A DNA stretch of 64,000 nucleotides from a cyanobacterium endosymbiont of Rhopalodia gibba (GTDB lineage Bacteria; Cyanobacteriota; Cyanobacteriia; Cyanobacteriales; Microcystaceae). The translations under genes and the position numbers were made by a program. This document shows positions 35,441-48,318 of this stretch, in pieces (the stretch's first letter is position 1; the number at the start of each line of letters is the position of its first letter). The notes under the pieces were generated by a model that saw only the letters and a list, made by a program, of their open reading frames with translations, did not search any database and was not told the origin of the DNA. The stretch spans positions 512,001 to 576,000 of the forward strand of contig CP067995.1 of assembly GCA_045159875.1 (NCBI GenBank), in the 5' to 3' direction.

Positions 35441-36541
35441 ATGACTCATATAGCTATTATTGGAGCAGGCGTTATCGGAGCAGCAATTGCTTATGAATTG
35501 AGTTTAGTTAAAGGGTTAAGAATTACCTTAATTGATAAACAAGTCTCTGCTTCGGGTTCTACGGGAGCAGCATTGGGGGTTTTAATGGGGATTCTTAGCA
35601 GTAAAACAAAGGGAAGAGGCTGGAAACTTCGTCAAACTAGTCTAGAACGTTACAAAACTCTAATTTCTGAATTAGAAATCCTCACCAAACAAAATATTCC
35701 TGTCAATCATCAAGGAATTTTGATGTTAAGGTTTGCAGAAGAACCGATAGGAGAATGGGAAAAACTAATAACAATTCGTCGGTCTCAAGGTTATGATTTA
35801 GAAATCTGGGATCAAGAAACTCTAAATAGAAAATGTCCTCACATTGATAATCATAGAATTATTGGTGCAATTTATTCCCCTCAAGATTTGCAAATTAATC
35901 CCCAAAAATTAACACAAGCTTTAGTTAAAGGAGCTTCTATCAACGGGGTTGACTGTAAGTTTGGAGTTGAGGTTAAAAATATTATTTATGATAGCTTAAA
36001 GGACTCAAATATCCGCCAATGTCATCAAATTCAAACCACAGAAGGTAATTTAGAAATCGATAAGTTAGTTATAGCTGCTGGGTTGGGCTCAACTCCCTTG
36101 ACTATTACGTCTAGTCAACCTCTAGACATCCGACCAGTTTTAGGTCAAGCATTACAAATTAAGCTGGATAAACTGCTAGGAAATAAAGACTTTCAACCGG
36201 TAATCACAGGTAACGATGTTAACATTATTCCATTAGGAAATGGGGAATATTGGATCGGTGCAACGGTAGAGTTTCCTAACGAAATGGAAGAGATTATTTC
36301 AAATCCAGAATTTCTAGAAAAAGTTAAACAACAAGCAATTAGTTTTTGTCCTACTTTACAAGATGCTAAAGTCATAAAAACTTGGTTTGGAAAACGTCCT
36401 CGTCCCCAAGGTGAACCGGCTCCAGTTATTAGAGAGCTGCCTCATTATGATAATGTTTTATTAGCTACTGGACATTATCGGAATGGGATTTTATTAGCAC
36501 CAGCAACCGCATTAGCTATTCGAGAATATTGGTTTGGCTGA
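35441..36541 (+). CDS. FAD-dependent oxidoreductase (DAO/glycine oxidase-like)
   Basis: IIGAGVIG, STGAALGVL and ATGHYRNGILLAPATA motifs. Confidence 0.9.
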   Translation: MTHIAIIGAGVIGAAIAYELSLVKGLRITLIDKQVSASGSTGAALGVLMGILSSKTKGRGWKLRQTSLERYKTLISELEILTKQNIPVNHQGILMLRFAEEPIGEWEKLITIRRSQGYDLEIWDQETLNRKCPHIDNHRIIGAIYSPQDLQINPQKLTQALVKGASINGVDCKFGVEVKNIIYDSLKDSNIRQCHQIQTTEGNLEIDKLVIAAGLGSTPLTITSSQPLDIRPVLGQALQIKLDKLLGNKDFQPVITGNDVNIIPLGNGEYWIGATVEFPNEMEEIISNPEFLEKVKQQAISFCPTLQDAKVIKTWFGKRPRPQGEPAPVIRELPHYDNVLLATGHYRNGILLAPATALAIREYWFG

Positions 36542-36898
36542 GCCTGTCATGTAAAACTAATACTTTAAGAGAAGCGAATAGAAAATAGGAAATATTTAAT
36601 TTGTTTTAAACAAATTTAAAAAAATTTACCTTAAAAGCCTCTATGACTGAAATCAGTATGGATAGTCAAGGAGTCAAAATAGACATTAATTTTTTTACTT
36701 TGAAAATAACATAAAATTATACAATTAGCTTCTATATTAGAAGACCAGAAAATCTTAGAATATAAACAAATAATTATTACATTAATTAATTTGATTCTCT
36801 ACTTGATCGATTTGGAAAATTATACAACATTCAACAACTTCAAAAGTATAGGTAAGACAAATTAAATACTATAAACAATACTCATGAACACACAAACG

Positions 36899-37645
36899 TT
36901 AAATAAACTGACTCCACCCCCAAGCGGCAACAATAGCGACAAACGCTCCAATAAAAGTATTTAAAATATTCACAACTTCATTAGTCATCCAGTCTAATTT
37001 TTCCTGTAAAGTTGCCCCAATCAAACTTTCTAAACTAGTAGCAATAAAAGCAGAGAAAATACACCAAAACACTCCCGCTAGATTAATTAAGGCAATCCCC
37101 CAAGCTAATAAAGCAATTACTCCAGAAGCAATCACTCCTGCTAAAGTTCCCTCAAAACTGACGGCCCCTTCAGTTCCCCGTGGCACAGGTTTTAAGGTAG
37201 TAATTAAGAATGTGCTTTTCCCATAAGCTTTTCCTACTTCAGAAGCAGTTGTATCAGAAAGTTTAGTACTAAAACTAGCAACATATCCTAAGATCAATAA
37301 TTGTCGCCAAGAAGAATCAGAAGATAAAGTCATCAAGGCACAAAATATAGCTATTAATGCTGACCCCCAAACATTTTCTGGACCTCGCATTCCTGACCGT
37401 TTTTCAGCAATTCCTGCTGCTTCTTTTTCTGCTATTCCGATGCGGGTTACTACTGAACCCATTAAGAAATAAAACATAACGACGGTGTAACCTTGCCATC
37501 CGAGTGTTCCCCAAACTAAAACCCCTAATACCCAAGCATGGAGGTATCCAGCAGTAGTCAATAATTTTTTAGGGACAATAAAGGCAATGATAATTAAAAA
37601 TGAGTTTAGACAATTAGCAATGAACCAAGGGTTTGTAATTTCCAT
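36899..37645 (-). CDS. TIGR00297/DUF92 integral membrane protein (VTE6-like)
   Basis: GIAEKRSGMRGPENVWGS, KLSDTTASEVGK and GTEGAVS motifs. Confidence 0.9.
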   Translation of the reverse strand: MEITNPWFIANCLNSFLIIIAFIVPKKLLTTAGYLHAWVLGVLVWGTLGWQGYTVVMFYFLMGSVVTRIGIAEKEAAGIAEKRSGMRGPENVWGSALIAIFCALMTLSSDSSWRQLLILGYVASFSTKLSDTTASEVGKAYGKSTFLITTLKPVPRGTEGAVSFEGTLAGVIASGVIALLAWGIALINLAGVFWCIFSAFIATSLESLIGATLQEKLDWMTNEVVNILNTFIGAFVAIVAAWGWSQFI

Positions 37646-37884
37646 CTTAATTTAAGAGTTAATGTTAATAATTAATGGTTGATTAATTTAATGAAATTTA
37701 ACTTTTTTTACGAATAAAGTTTTTCCATAAACAGCTTCAGTCTGACAATAAAATAAAATTGAAACATTTAAATAACCTTCTTTGATTTTTCCCTAAGTTT
37801 TATTTTTTATTTTTAGTGTCATCCGGCAATATTAACTTGAATTAAAGTATTTTTTCCAAATTACTATAGTTTTTTGATAATCTG

Positions 37885-37933
37885 GAATCTCTATTTGAGA
37901 GCTCACTAAAAATAATCTCTCAAATAGAGATTC
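37885..37933. repeat. 17-bp perfect inverted repeat with 15-nt spacer
   Basis: GAATCTCTATTTGAGAG-N15-CTCTCAAATAGAGATTC. Confidence 0.75.
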
Positions 37934-39806
37934 TACCTTATTATTAGGTTTAAGTTTTAGGTTGGGATAATTAATTGGAAAATATTCTCCATATTTTTTC
38001 AAAAAATTAAGTCACTTGACTTTTAATGTTTTTTATGCACAAAAAAGTTTACTGAGACTACACCTCCCGTATTTAAACCATCATCAATTGAGCATAAATT
38101 TCCTGAACTGTGGCTGTAAATTTCTAATTAATAATCCTTGAGGTAGATTATACCTAGTGACTTTAGTACGAGAATAAACCCCAAAGATATAACAGCTTAT
38201 CTTGATTGTTTAACTTTACTGTCCAAAAATTAGCAATACTATCTGTTATTTCAGTACAAACAATACAATTTTGAGTTAGATAAAACTGTTTAAGCATAGT
38301 TAATTTCAATATTACTATCGATACTATTGTAGGTTAAAAATAAAGAATAACTAACTGAATCTAACTATTTTGGTTGATCGGAGTAATAGAAATTTTATGG
38401 ATAATATTTATTTTTTTTAAAAAAATAATATCTAATAAGTTCTATTTTAGAGACAACATAAATTAATATCAATTACAACTGATTTACTTAGGGCTAAAAA
38501 ATTGAATCTTTAACCCTAATCAAATCTATTTTAAGAGTTTAATGAACCTAGAGATAATACTAAAAATTCAAAAATTGCTAGCAGTATTTTTTACTTTCTA
38601 AAATAGATATATTAATAGAGATTTTTTTAAAAAAAGCACTATTTCTGACATATGATTAATATCAATAGCACTAATTCTATAACTTATTTTAATGACGACT
38701 TTTGAGATAAGATAATATAAGTTATTCTACCACTGTTGCTTTAGCTATATATTAACAGTCTTTTTTTAAAAAAAATTAACTTCTTCAATGATTATTTATT
38801 ATCAATTAATAAAAATTGTTTTTATGCCAGATATTTAAATACTTATCACTAAATAAAATATTAGTGAAATAAGTGAGAGTACAGTTTATAAACAAATAAC
38901 TTAGAGCATCGAAGATAATCCTTTCATGATTGAAATATAAATTATTAAGGAGTTTACATAGATACAAAATTATTAATTTTTTAGTTTTATCAGCTAGACT
39001 AGCTTGTTCTTTAAGTAGATGAATTTAAATAAATTTTAAATAAAAAAAGTTTTTAAAAAAAGTATTTTTTATGTGTCAGCAGGCTTAAAAATTAAGTTAA
39101 TAAATTTAGAAAAATATGCACTACTGCAGTTATTTTTTGAATATAAAATTATCTCTACAACGAAAAGAAAAGTATAGCTCTTATGTAAAAATATAAGAGA
39201 ATAAAAAATCAAAAATATGCAATTTTTATCTAAATTATTTAGGCTAAAAAAATATAAAATTTACTGAAAGATTTTTATAAAAGAATAAAATAACTTATCA
39301 ATAGTTAAAAATCATTTAAACTCTTAAAATATTTAAATAAACTCCCAGAATAATTCGTAATATTTTAAATTAGTACAAGAATTTATTCTCCATATTTGAG
39401 AAAAAGAACGCTAAGAAAGTAAATTTAAAAATGTTGCATTATTTGGAAAATAATTAAATTTTCAGGCTATTATACTTATATAAAGTAAATTTTAATTTAT
39501 GGAATTTAGTAAGTTATCCTTATATCCAAGTTGAAAAGTGGAAGTTAGTTACACAGAGTATAAAAAAGAAACTCGACTAAATATAATAAGAATATACAAA
39601 CCAGATAAAAGTTTTAATTATGTGTTATTAACAGGCAATTTCTTTTAAAACCTTTATAAAGATTTTATTGGAAAAAATAAATAAACCTCTTTCTTTTACA
39701 AAGACAAAAGACTATATACAGTCATTATTATTGATAATAACTCAGTAAATACAAGTAATTTATTTGAATTTAAACTAAAATAATAGGGAATAAAAAATTA
39801 CTATTA

Positions 39807-39834
39807 TAATTTAATTTAATTTAATTTAATTTAA
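39807..39834. repeat. (TAATT)x5.6 microsatellite
   Basis: Directly visible in the AT-rich spacer. Confidence 0.8.
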
Positions 39835-40508
39835 GCATTACAAATTTAGATTTAATTGCTTAAATATAGAGATACAAAATAATTTATTTTTGGAAAGTTT
39901 ATTTAGAGGTACGCACTTAGGTAAGTATTGATAAATCAAAAAATAGGTTTGATTCCAGAAAAATATATTCTATATTAGATTGATCCTAACTTTAGATACC
40001 ATATTGTTAGTTTAAAATTTTATTATTTTATTTTTATTTTAATGATTTATCACAATTCAGTATTAACTGTTTATATTATTAATAAATTTATTAGTCAACT
40101 CCATAACTAAGATTGATAAACAAGAAAAAATACAGAAAAATAACAAATAAACTAGAAAACCTGGCCTATTCTCTAAATTACGGACTTTTATTAAAGCCTT
40201 TATTGAAAGACAGGAAAAACAATTGTCCAGTGTTTAAGATTATATATAACCTACAGGTGAAGTAAGTATTGCTTTATTAATACATAACTTCTATTTTATG
40301 TAGTTTTAGTTTGTACTTAAATACAAATTGCAAATACTTTAAGACTGTATTAATCTGTATCAGATTACAGCGTTTTTATAATTAAAATAATAACAAATAA
40401 ATACAAAGCGGTCCTTTAACGGAATAAATTACTAGACTAGAAACCCACAATTTTTGTGCAAAAATCGGTCTCGCTTTGCGCATAATACTACACTAAAATT
40501 CTTGCCGC

Positions 40509-40531
40509 AAAAAAGGTGGACATCGTCCACC
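40509..40531 (-). terminator. Intrinsic terminator of typA
   Basis: GGTGGAC-ATC-GTCCACC stem, preceded on the + strand by A6 (a U-tract on the - strand), about 30 nt after the stop codon. Confidence 0.75.
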
Positions 40532-40563
40532 CTAGATCATTTTAAGTATTTTAAGTTTGTAAT

Positions 40564-42357
40564 TTAACGGTTGGCTAATTTTTTAGTTTTTACCTTCCGT
40601 AGACGAATAGATTCAGGCGTTACTTCTACTAATTCATCAGCCCCAATATATTCTAATGCCCGTTCTAAACTCATTTCTTCGGGGGCTTGTAATTGGACTA
40701 ATTCATCTCCAGTCGCAGAACGATGGTTGGTCAATTGCTTGGTTTTGCAGACGTTTAATTCCACATCTTGAGGACGGTTACTTTCTCCAATAATCATTCC
40801 TTTATATACTTTGGTTCCAGGGGTTATAAAAAAGATACCGCGATCTTCGGCATTTTTCAAAGCATAGAATGTTGCAACTCCTTCTTCAAAAGAAGTAATC
40901 ACTCCGTTGTAACGAATTCCTAAATCTCCAGAAATGGGACGATATTCCAAGAAACTATGGTTCATAATCCCCTCACCGCGTGAGATACGGATGAAGTCTC
41001 CACGAAACCCAATTAAACCTCGGGCTGGAACCACAAATTCTAATTGAGTTCGTCCGTTGATTCCAGTTTGCATATCTTTCATTTCCCCTTTACGTTGTCC
41101 TAAGCGTTCAATACAAGAACCAACTGCTTGTTCAGGAATATCCAATACCAAATATTCAAAGGGTTCACAGGGTTGGCCATTCACTTCCCGATAGATAACT
41201 TGGGGTTGGGAGACTTGGAATTCATAGCCTTCCCGACGCATGGTTTCAATTAAGATACCGAGGTGTAATTCTCCCCGTCCGGATACCTCAAATTTATCAG
41301 GGGACTCGTTGTCTTCAACTCGTAAAGCAACATTGGTTTCTAATTCTCGCATTAAGCGATCACGGATTTGTCGTGAGGTAACATAAGTTCCTTCTTGGCC
41401 AGCAAAAGGAGAGTCGTTGACAGAAAAGGTCATTTGTAGGGTAGGTTCGTCAACTTTAATTAAAGGTAAAGCCTGGGGTTGATTGGGACAGGTCAAAGTT
41501 TCCCCAATATTAGCATCTGCAAATCCAGCCACTGCCACAAGATTACCAGCACTCGATTCTTCAAGTTCTACCCGTTGCAGCCCTTCGAACCCGAGTAATT
41601 TACTAATCTTTCCTTTAACCATACTGCCATCTTCTTTCATCAAAGCCGCTTGTTGGCCTGCTTTAATCACCCCATTATGAATGCGACCAATAATGATCCG
41701 CCCTAGATACTCAGAATAGTCCAGGGTAGTAACTTGTAATTGTAAGGTTTTAGTAGGATCGCCAGCCGGTGGGGGGATATGGTTTAAAATTGCTTGAAAT
41801 AGCGGTTTCATGTCTACCCCTTCATCTTCTAAGCTATTTTTGGCAAAACCGGATAAACCCGAGGCAAACAGGGTCGTAAAATCGCATTGATCATCATCTG
41901 CACCAAGTTCCACGAACAGATCGAAGACTTTATCTACAGCAATATTGGGGTCAGCTTGGGGACGGTCAATTTTATTAACGACTACAATGGGACGTAACCC
42001 CTTTTCTAAGGCTTTTTTGAGAACAAAACGAGTTTGGGGCATTGGCCCCTCATTGGCGTCCACAATTAAAATACAGCCATCTACCATTCCTAAAACCCGT
42101 TCCACTTCTCCCCCAAAGTCTGCGTGACCAGGGGTATCTACAATGTTAATTAGGGTGTCTTCATAGCGAACTGCTGTGTTTTTTGACAAAATGGTGATTC
42201 CTCGTTCCCTTTCTAGGGCATTGGAGTCCATTACACAGTCTGGGATCTCTTCCCCTTCGCGGAAGATACCGGACTGTTTGAGAAGGGCATCAACCAGGGT
42301 GGTTTTACCGTGATCGACGTGGGCGATAATGGCAACGTTACGGATGGGAAGAGACAT
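40564..42357 (-). CDS. typA: Translational GTPase TypA/BipA
   Basis: [35 protein letters not shown] and [11 protein letters not shown] motifs. Confidence 0.98.
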   Translation of the reverse strand: MSLPIRNVAIIAHVDHGKTTLVDALLKQSGIFREGEEIPDCVMDSNALERERGITILSKNTAVRYEDTLINIVDTPGHADFGGEVERVLGMVDGCILIVDANEGPMPQTRFVLKKALEKGLRPIVVVNKIDRPQADPNIAVDKVFDLFVELGADDDQCDFTTLFASGLSGFAKNSLEDEGVDMKPLFQAILNHIPPPAGDPTKTLQLQVTTLDYSEYLGRIIIGRIHNGVIKAGQQAALMKEDGSMVKGKISKLLGFEGLQRVELEESSAGNLVAVAGFADANIGETLTCPNQPQALPLIKVDEPTLQMTFSVNDSPFAGQEGTYVTSRQIRDRLMRELETNVALRVEDNESPDKFEVSGRGELHLGILIETMRREGYEFQVSQPQVIYREVNGQPCEPFEYLVLDIPEQAVGSCIERLGQRKGEMKDMQTGINGRTQLEFVVPARGLIGFRGDFIRISRGEGIMNHSFLEYRPISGDLGIRYNGVITSFEEGVATFYALKNAEDRGIFFITPGTKVYKGMIIGESNRPQDVELNVCKTKQLTNHRSATGDELVQLQAPEEMSLERALEYIGADELVEVTPESIRLRKVKTKKLANR

Positions 42358-44120
42358 AGATAATGAAATGGTAAAAAAGTTTAGAAATGTTACTATAGAT
42401 TTCTTAACGACTCTAGCTTACATGATTATAGTAGCAGTCAGCTAAGTTTTAGGAAATAGACAATAAGCAATCGGTAATAAATTATAGTAGAATTAATTTA
42501 GATTTAGGATACAGAAGAGACATAATAATAGGGCTTTATCATTGAGAATAATGGCTCTCTTCGGGAAAAAAATTATTTCATCTGCCGCTATTTATGAAAA
42601 ACTGTAACGAGCTTGATTGTTAGTAACTAATTTTTTGCAAGAAATGTTAACTCTAACGTATTTTCACTTAAAAATTAAAAATAATAGCTATGTTTTTAGA
42701 TCTTGTCGAACTTACGTCAACTTAAGACTGGATAAAAATTAAAAAAATATAGCTCGGGTTAAATAGTTGTTAGTCAACTTTAATATAATAAATTTTTTCT
42801 AAACCTAAACCATGAAATTGTACTGGACTAATAAAACTGTAAGGCAAAAAAGTTACATAGAACCTATTTGAAATATTATTAGTAATAATATTTAGCAAGG
42901 TTTATTTTTGAATTAAATTATGTTAAATTCAACACTCTCATTTAATTTGTATCTATAGCATCAAATGTCTAACTCGGTTTCATGAAGAAAATTTTCAATG
43001 TAGTGATTTTAATTTCAATCGATTAAAGTAAAGACTCCTAAAATATTAGTTGCACTAAAAAGTGCAGATCTATCCTATAGATGGTTTCACTGAAATTATA
43101 TAAAATAGTAATAAAACCAATCAATATGATTCTACAATTTAAAATGTTTTTCGAGTTATTAATCGTATTTTTAGTTATATAATATCTAACTATTTTTTCA
43201 TAGTTAAGCCAAGGATAATCTCCTTCAATTGAAGCTGAATAACTTAATATTATGGAGTAATTAATCGCTAAAATAAGATAATGATGCTACTTTACACAAA
43301 ATAAGTACTTGCTTACACACAAAAATAGGAATTAAAGTTAATATTACTACCATGTATAGCTTGCGACAATAACTTTATTTAGTTTGAGAGTAAACACTTC
43401 ATATATTAAGAAGTTTACACAGATAAAATGAAAAATTTGAGACATAAATATTCGAAGATACTTGGATAGCTCAAACTCTAAGGTTTAATTTTTTTTAAAA
43501 AAACTGAAATTTGCCTAGCTATAACTATCTATTTTGCTAAAGGAACTCAAGGAAAAAGAGTTGATATCAACTTTTTTTTGATTTTTTTTGATTTTTAACT
43601 ATGAATAGATAAAAGCATTTTCTTACTTATAAAATCAAAAAATTAATGTTATAAATATAGCCATAAGTTTACATAGCTATGAATAATTTACCATTTAATA
43701 TCAATAAAAAAACAGAACTAATAGAATCTACAAGAGTAGAAGTAATATCTTTATTTTATTATTTTGCCAATTTAAAATCCGTTGAAAAGTGTCTGCAAAA
43801 AAGATAATAAATATTGGTCAACTAAATAATTATGTAATTCTGTAAATATCAATAAAACTATCAATAAAAAAATTAGCTTAGCAAATAATGAAGATATGAC
43901 TGGCTAGTTTACCTAACTGCTGTTATTATGAGCTACCTAATTGAAAATCTCTATAATTCCTAATCTAGTAGAAATAAAAATAACTTATTGAATATGATAT
44001 TAATCTCCTCCCAGGCTCACAAAGGTAAACTTCATCTCTATGAGAAACGTAGTATGATTAAATCATCATCGTTTGTCAAGCATTACTTATTAATTGATAT
44101 CAGGAGAAAGTTTTCATTTT

Positions 44121-44588
44121 ATGGTTATTGAAATTGAGCGCAAATTTTTAGTCAAGGGAGATATTTGGCGCTCCTGGGGACAAGGAAAAATATATCGACA
44201 GGGATATATCCTAACCAAAAATGAGACTACCGTTCGGGTAAGAATTGTGGAAGATTGTGCTTTCTTAACATTTAAAGGAAAAACAAAAGGGTTTTCTAGA
44301 GAAGAATTTGAATATTCTATTCCTTTAGAAGATGCAGAAATAATGTTAAAAAATCTATGTGATCATCCTTTGATTCAAAAAATTAGATACCGAATACACT
44401 TGGGAAATTTAGTTTGGGAAGTGGATGAATTTCAAGGAGAAAATGAAGGATTAATTTTAGCGGAGGTAGAATTAAGTTCTGAGGACCAATATTTTGAGTT
44501 GCCAGCTTGGATTGGTGAAGAGATAACTCAAGATTTAAGATTTTATAATGTGAATTTAGCCAAACATCCTTATTTAATCTGGAAATAA
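44121..44588 (+). CDS. CYTH domain protein
   Basis: EIERKFLV, RVR, REEFEY, WEVDEF and LAEVEL motifs. Confidence 0.92.
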   Translation: MVIEIERKFLVKGDIWRSWGQGKIYRQGYILTKNETTVRVRIVEDCAFLTFKGKTKGFSREEFEYSIPLEDAEIMLKNLCDHPLIQKIRYRIHLGNLVWEVDEFQGENEGLILAEVELSSEDQYFELPAWIGEEITQDLRFYNVNLAKHPYLIWK

Positions 44589-44652
44589 ATTTTCATAACA
44601 AGTTGTTAGATATAATGCTATTAGCTGTTTACCGTTTTTTCTTATATCTCAA

Positions 44653-45597
44653 ATGAATCGTGAATCTGAGCTTATTTCTCTATCAACTATTCCAACTGCA
44701 CCAGCAGGATTTAAGTCTGGTTTTGTCGGAATTATTGGTCGTCCAAACGTGGGAAAATCAACTCTAATGAATCAATTAGTAGGGAAAGAAATTGCCATTA
44801 CTTCTCCTATATCCCAAACTACTCGTAACCGCTTAAGAGGAATTATAACCGCTGAAGAAGCACAAATGATTTTAATTGATACTCCAGGAATTCATAAACC
44901 TCACCATCAACTCGGAAAGATTCTAGTACAAAATGCTAAATTTGCAATTAACTCTGTTGATATTGTTCTCTTTATTGTTGACAGTTCTGTCCCAACAGGA
45001 GGAGGTGATCGCTATGTTGCTGAACTCTTAGGAACTTCTACTAATCCAGTTATTTTAGGACTTAACAAAACGGATCAACAACCCTCAGATTACCATCCTT
45101 TAGATAAAAGTTATTCAACTCTAGCTCAAGCTTATAACTGGCCAGTTATTAAGTTTTCAGCTTTAACTGGAGAAGGATTAGAGCCATTACAAAAGGCATT
45201 AATAAATCGTCTTGCTCCTGGTCCTTATTATTACCCACCAAATCTAGTCACTGATCAACCTGAAAACTTTATTATGGGGGAATTAATTCGAGAACAAGTC
45301 TTACAGAAAACTAGCCAAGAGATTCCTCATTCTGTTGCAGTTGTTATTGAAAAAATTAAAGAAACTTCTAATCTAACTTATGTTTTCGCTGCAATTAATG
45401 TAGAAAGGGACTCTCAAAAAGGGATTATTATTGGCAAAAAGGGGAATATGCTTAAAGCTATAGGAAGTGCTGCAAGAGAACAAATACAGAAACTAATCAT
45501 GGGAGAAGTCTATTTAAAACTTTTTGTAAAAGTAAAACCAAAATGGCGACAATCAAGTTTGTGTTTGTCAGAATTTGGTTATCGTCTTGAATCTTAA
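44653..45597 (+). CDS. era: GTPase Era
   Basis: GRPNVGKSTL, QTTR, DTPG, NKTD, EIPHSVAV and KH-domain SQKGIIIGK. Confidence 0.97.
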   Translation: MNRESELISLSTIPTAPAGFKSGFVGIIGRPNVGKSTLMNQLVGKEIAITSPISQTTRNRLRGIITAEEAQMILIDTPGIHKPHHQLGKILVQNAKFAINSVDIVLFIVDSSVPTGGGDRYVAELLGTSTNPVILGLNKTDQQPSDYHPLDKSYSTLAQAYNWPVIKFSALTGEGLEPLQKALINRLAPGPYYYPPNLVTDQPENFIMGELIREQVLQKTSQEIPHSVAVVIEKIKETSNLTYVFAAINVERDSQKGIIIGKKGNMLKAIGSAAREQIQKLIMGEVYLKLFVKVKPKWRQSSLCLSEFGYRLES

Positions 45598-46079
45598 ATC
45601 TTGTTTTTATTAAAAATTAAAAGTAATTAACAATTACATCTTTATTCCGATAGTTTTTTCTTAGCTGGTTTGAGTATGATAGCAAAAATTGTATCTATTT
45701 CCTCTAAAAGGAAATATGCTCCTGTCGCTATTGGACAAAATCTTATCAATAAAGAGTTCGTAAATTTAGTTGAAATCCTAACGTTATTTTAGAGCTTTTT
45801 CAAGGGTTACAATGTCGAATTAGTTCTCAAGTAAAAAAAAATATAAGTGATAGAATTCCTGTTTTTACTAGTTTTAACTATCTTTGTCAAAAAGAATTAA
45901 ATCCTTATAATGGTTTTGGGAGTTATTATCTACTTATTTATCAAACTTAGTCCAGAGTAGCCATTATTTTTATTGTTTTCGCTTCAATAAACTAGGAAAT
46001 TTAGAAGTGGGTGATACTCTCGAAGTATTAGTTATTAGATAGATACTTGGAATTTGGAATAGCATTAATTTTCATTAAA

Positions 46080-46745
46080 ATAAACCTAAACTTAAAAAAA
46101 TTAATTATGAAGCACACAATGAAGAGGTAGTTATCTGAAAAAGAAGGAAATACATTTGTCTTAGTCATAGAGAATTTTACTTGACTTTCACAGGTGGAGG
46201 ATAAACAATAAAATATCAAAATTTTCGCTCTAATATCGTAGAAAAAACAATTAGTTTATTTGCGAAATATCCAAAGAAAGAGATGTCAGAATGTCCCGAT
46301 AAGATGATTGGGTTTGATCTGTCTTCAATTATTCTTTGTACAAAGGTGGTTTATTTATCTCTCTTTTAAACATAGTAAAAATTTGCTCTATCTACACCAA
46401 GCAGTTATTTTATTTTCAACCTTAAGAGCCGTCCTCTGGGAAAAGCGGTGACACGATGTATTCATATTTCCTGTCCAGCTATTTTACGGGGGGATGTCCT
46501 GATAGTGTCAGTAATATTGAATATGCTTGCCGCCATTTAAAAGTTATTGAATATTTTGTCCGGTTCCCTCCCCGCAACTAAATTTTAACTCGTGTTAGTA
46601 CCGCCAAAGAATTAGACTTTCTACAATAACCTTGGCCTTCTTTTGAGGTGAAATCCAATCTCCTGAAATATAGCTACACATTCAAGTCTGCATTTATATT
46701 TTAAGTTAATGACAACAGTTTTATCTTAATTAAAGAACGATCATA
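46080..46745 (-). pseudogene. Heavily degraded gene, possibly an IPNS-like 2OG-Fe(II) oxygenase
   Basis: Weak fragments VVINL, QEIGF, LL.HY and CLSSTC in the expected order; family assignment tentative. Confidence 0.3.
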
Positions 46746-46804
46746 TTTTAATTGTCCTTTACTGTTACTTTTTATTTACACATTAAATCTGCTTTTTCCC
46801 TAGG

Positions 46805-47595
46805 CTAAATTCACATATTCCCCGGGTTTAGGAGTCAAGACTTGAGTTTATAGTTTATCTCGTGCCGACATTTGTTGGAACTCTTCTATGGTTTTTTCTG
46901 TTCTGAATATAACCGTTAACACCCTTTCGTATCCTACATTTCCTTCAGCTGCTGCCGAGAGAATAACTCTGGGTTTCTAGCCACTAACAGAGTTCTAATG
47001 TGTTTTTTTATTATTGGAGAACGGGTAATAAGTAATAAATGAAGAATACTAGTTCCCAGGGGTAAATTGGTTTATCAATAGGGATTTAATCTTTCAAAAT
47101 GGAACTATGATAACCGTGAGGTTCGCAACAAAAACGATTTTGATTAACTGAATCCGTGAATTATATAGCAATTTTCTGTTAATTGAGGACTAATGGGAGA
47201 ATCAGAAACCGCTTTTACTTTAAAAGTGTCTTTGGAGGTGTGAGTTTTTCCACAGCAAAGAGATGTTACTTGAGTGTAACCTAGACCTTTGACCACTTTA
47301 GCTGCATTGGGAAATCTTACTACCCGAATATTAAAATCTGATTCCTTCAGGATCTAATTCCTTAAAAGCGGAGAGACGAGCATGGTCCTATAACCCCTGA
47401 GAAAGTAAAATTAAGTCAATGGGTTCCTCGATAGGATCGAACGTGGACTTTATTTCCTTAAACAACCACGCCAGGCCATTAGAGATAAAAAACACTAACA
47501 AAGAGCCGATAAGAATTTGTTTTCCAGCGATTTCTATTAACCTAAAATTGCTATCAAAGCAGGCAAGTTGAATAAGGTTTGAATTTAAGCATTAT
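46805..47595 (-). pseudogene. MBL-fold metallo-hydrolase pseudogene
   Basis: DSNFRLIEIAGKQIL, AWLFK, IDLILLSQGL*DHA, PNAAKVVKGLGYTQVT, EPHGYH and QVLTPKPG fragments. Confidence 0.8.
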
Positions 47596-47646
47596 ATATC
47601 CCTTCTTAGGGTAAATATTTATTACTTGACTGACGACTGATTTTCA

Positions 47647-48318
47647 TCACTTTTTCTCGCCATGATTAAAAGGACAACCCGAGGTTAATTTCTGGAGAAA
47701 AGTACTATTATCAAAATAATGTTCAACTTCTATAATTTTTAAGTCATCTGTGACCCTAGCAATACTTAAACCCACAATTTCGATAGTTTGTCCTGTGGGT
47801 TGATGATCTTTATATGGACCATTAAATGTTCCCCAATGTCGCCACTTAAAAGTAACATTAGGTGGTCCTGATAACACTTCGGTTAATTCCCAGAGAAAGC
47901 CATTAGGAAAAGCCTTATGAAATAGTTCAAAAGAGGATTCGAAAGTTTCTTCTGTGGCACTATACTTTTCACTATTATTAATAAATAGATTGTAAGTTCC
48001 TTGAGCAGACACATTCTGGGCTGTATAAAACTGTCCGCCATTGCTACTCATCCGAAATTTATCAGTTACGATTGATAGCCATTGTTCAGGATTAGCTTTA
48101 TGAGAGGCTTCCATTTCGAAAGTTCTCACCAAGTTTTCAACAATTGCTTCTAATGACCCCTCAGGATGATTAAATTGACTTTCTACTCTGAGAAATTGAT
48201 CAGTGTAGGAATAATCTGGGCGTTCGCCGTCGCGCCATTGCACCCCTTCATCATTAGCAATCACTTTGTCGCGACTTTGTACCCAAAGTGGTAATTTAGC
48301 TGAGTCATCGTAATCCAT
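47647..48318 (-). CDS. Pathogenesis-related / SnoaL-like (NTF2-fold) protein
   Basis: WRDGERPDY, GSLEAIVENLVRTFEME, FHKAFPNGFLWE, GPPNVTFKWRHWG; intact 223 aa. Confidence 0.85.
   Translation of the reverse strand: MDYDDSAKLPLWVQSRDKVIANDEGVQWRDGERPDYSYTDQFLRVESQFNHPEGSLEAIVENLVRTFEMEASHKANPEQWLSIVTDKFRMSSNGGQFYTAQNVSAQGTYNLFINNSEKYSATEETFESSFELFHKAFPNGFLWELTEVLSGPPNVTFKWRHWGTFNGPYKDHQPTGQTIEIVGLSIARVTDDLKIIEVEHYFDNSTFLQKLTSGCPFNHGEKK

Noticed and set aside
40571..42127. Small plus-strand ORFs antisense to typA, and similar shadow ORFs in guaA, queA, pyrF and ndhI
   Set aside because: They overlap well-supported genes and are explained as antisense or alternate-frame artefacts.
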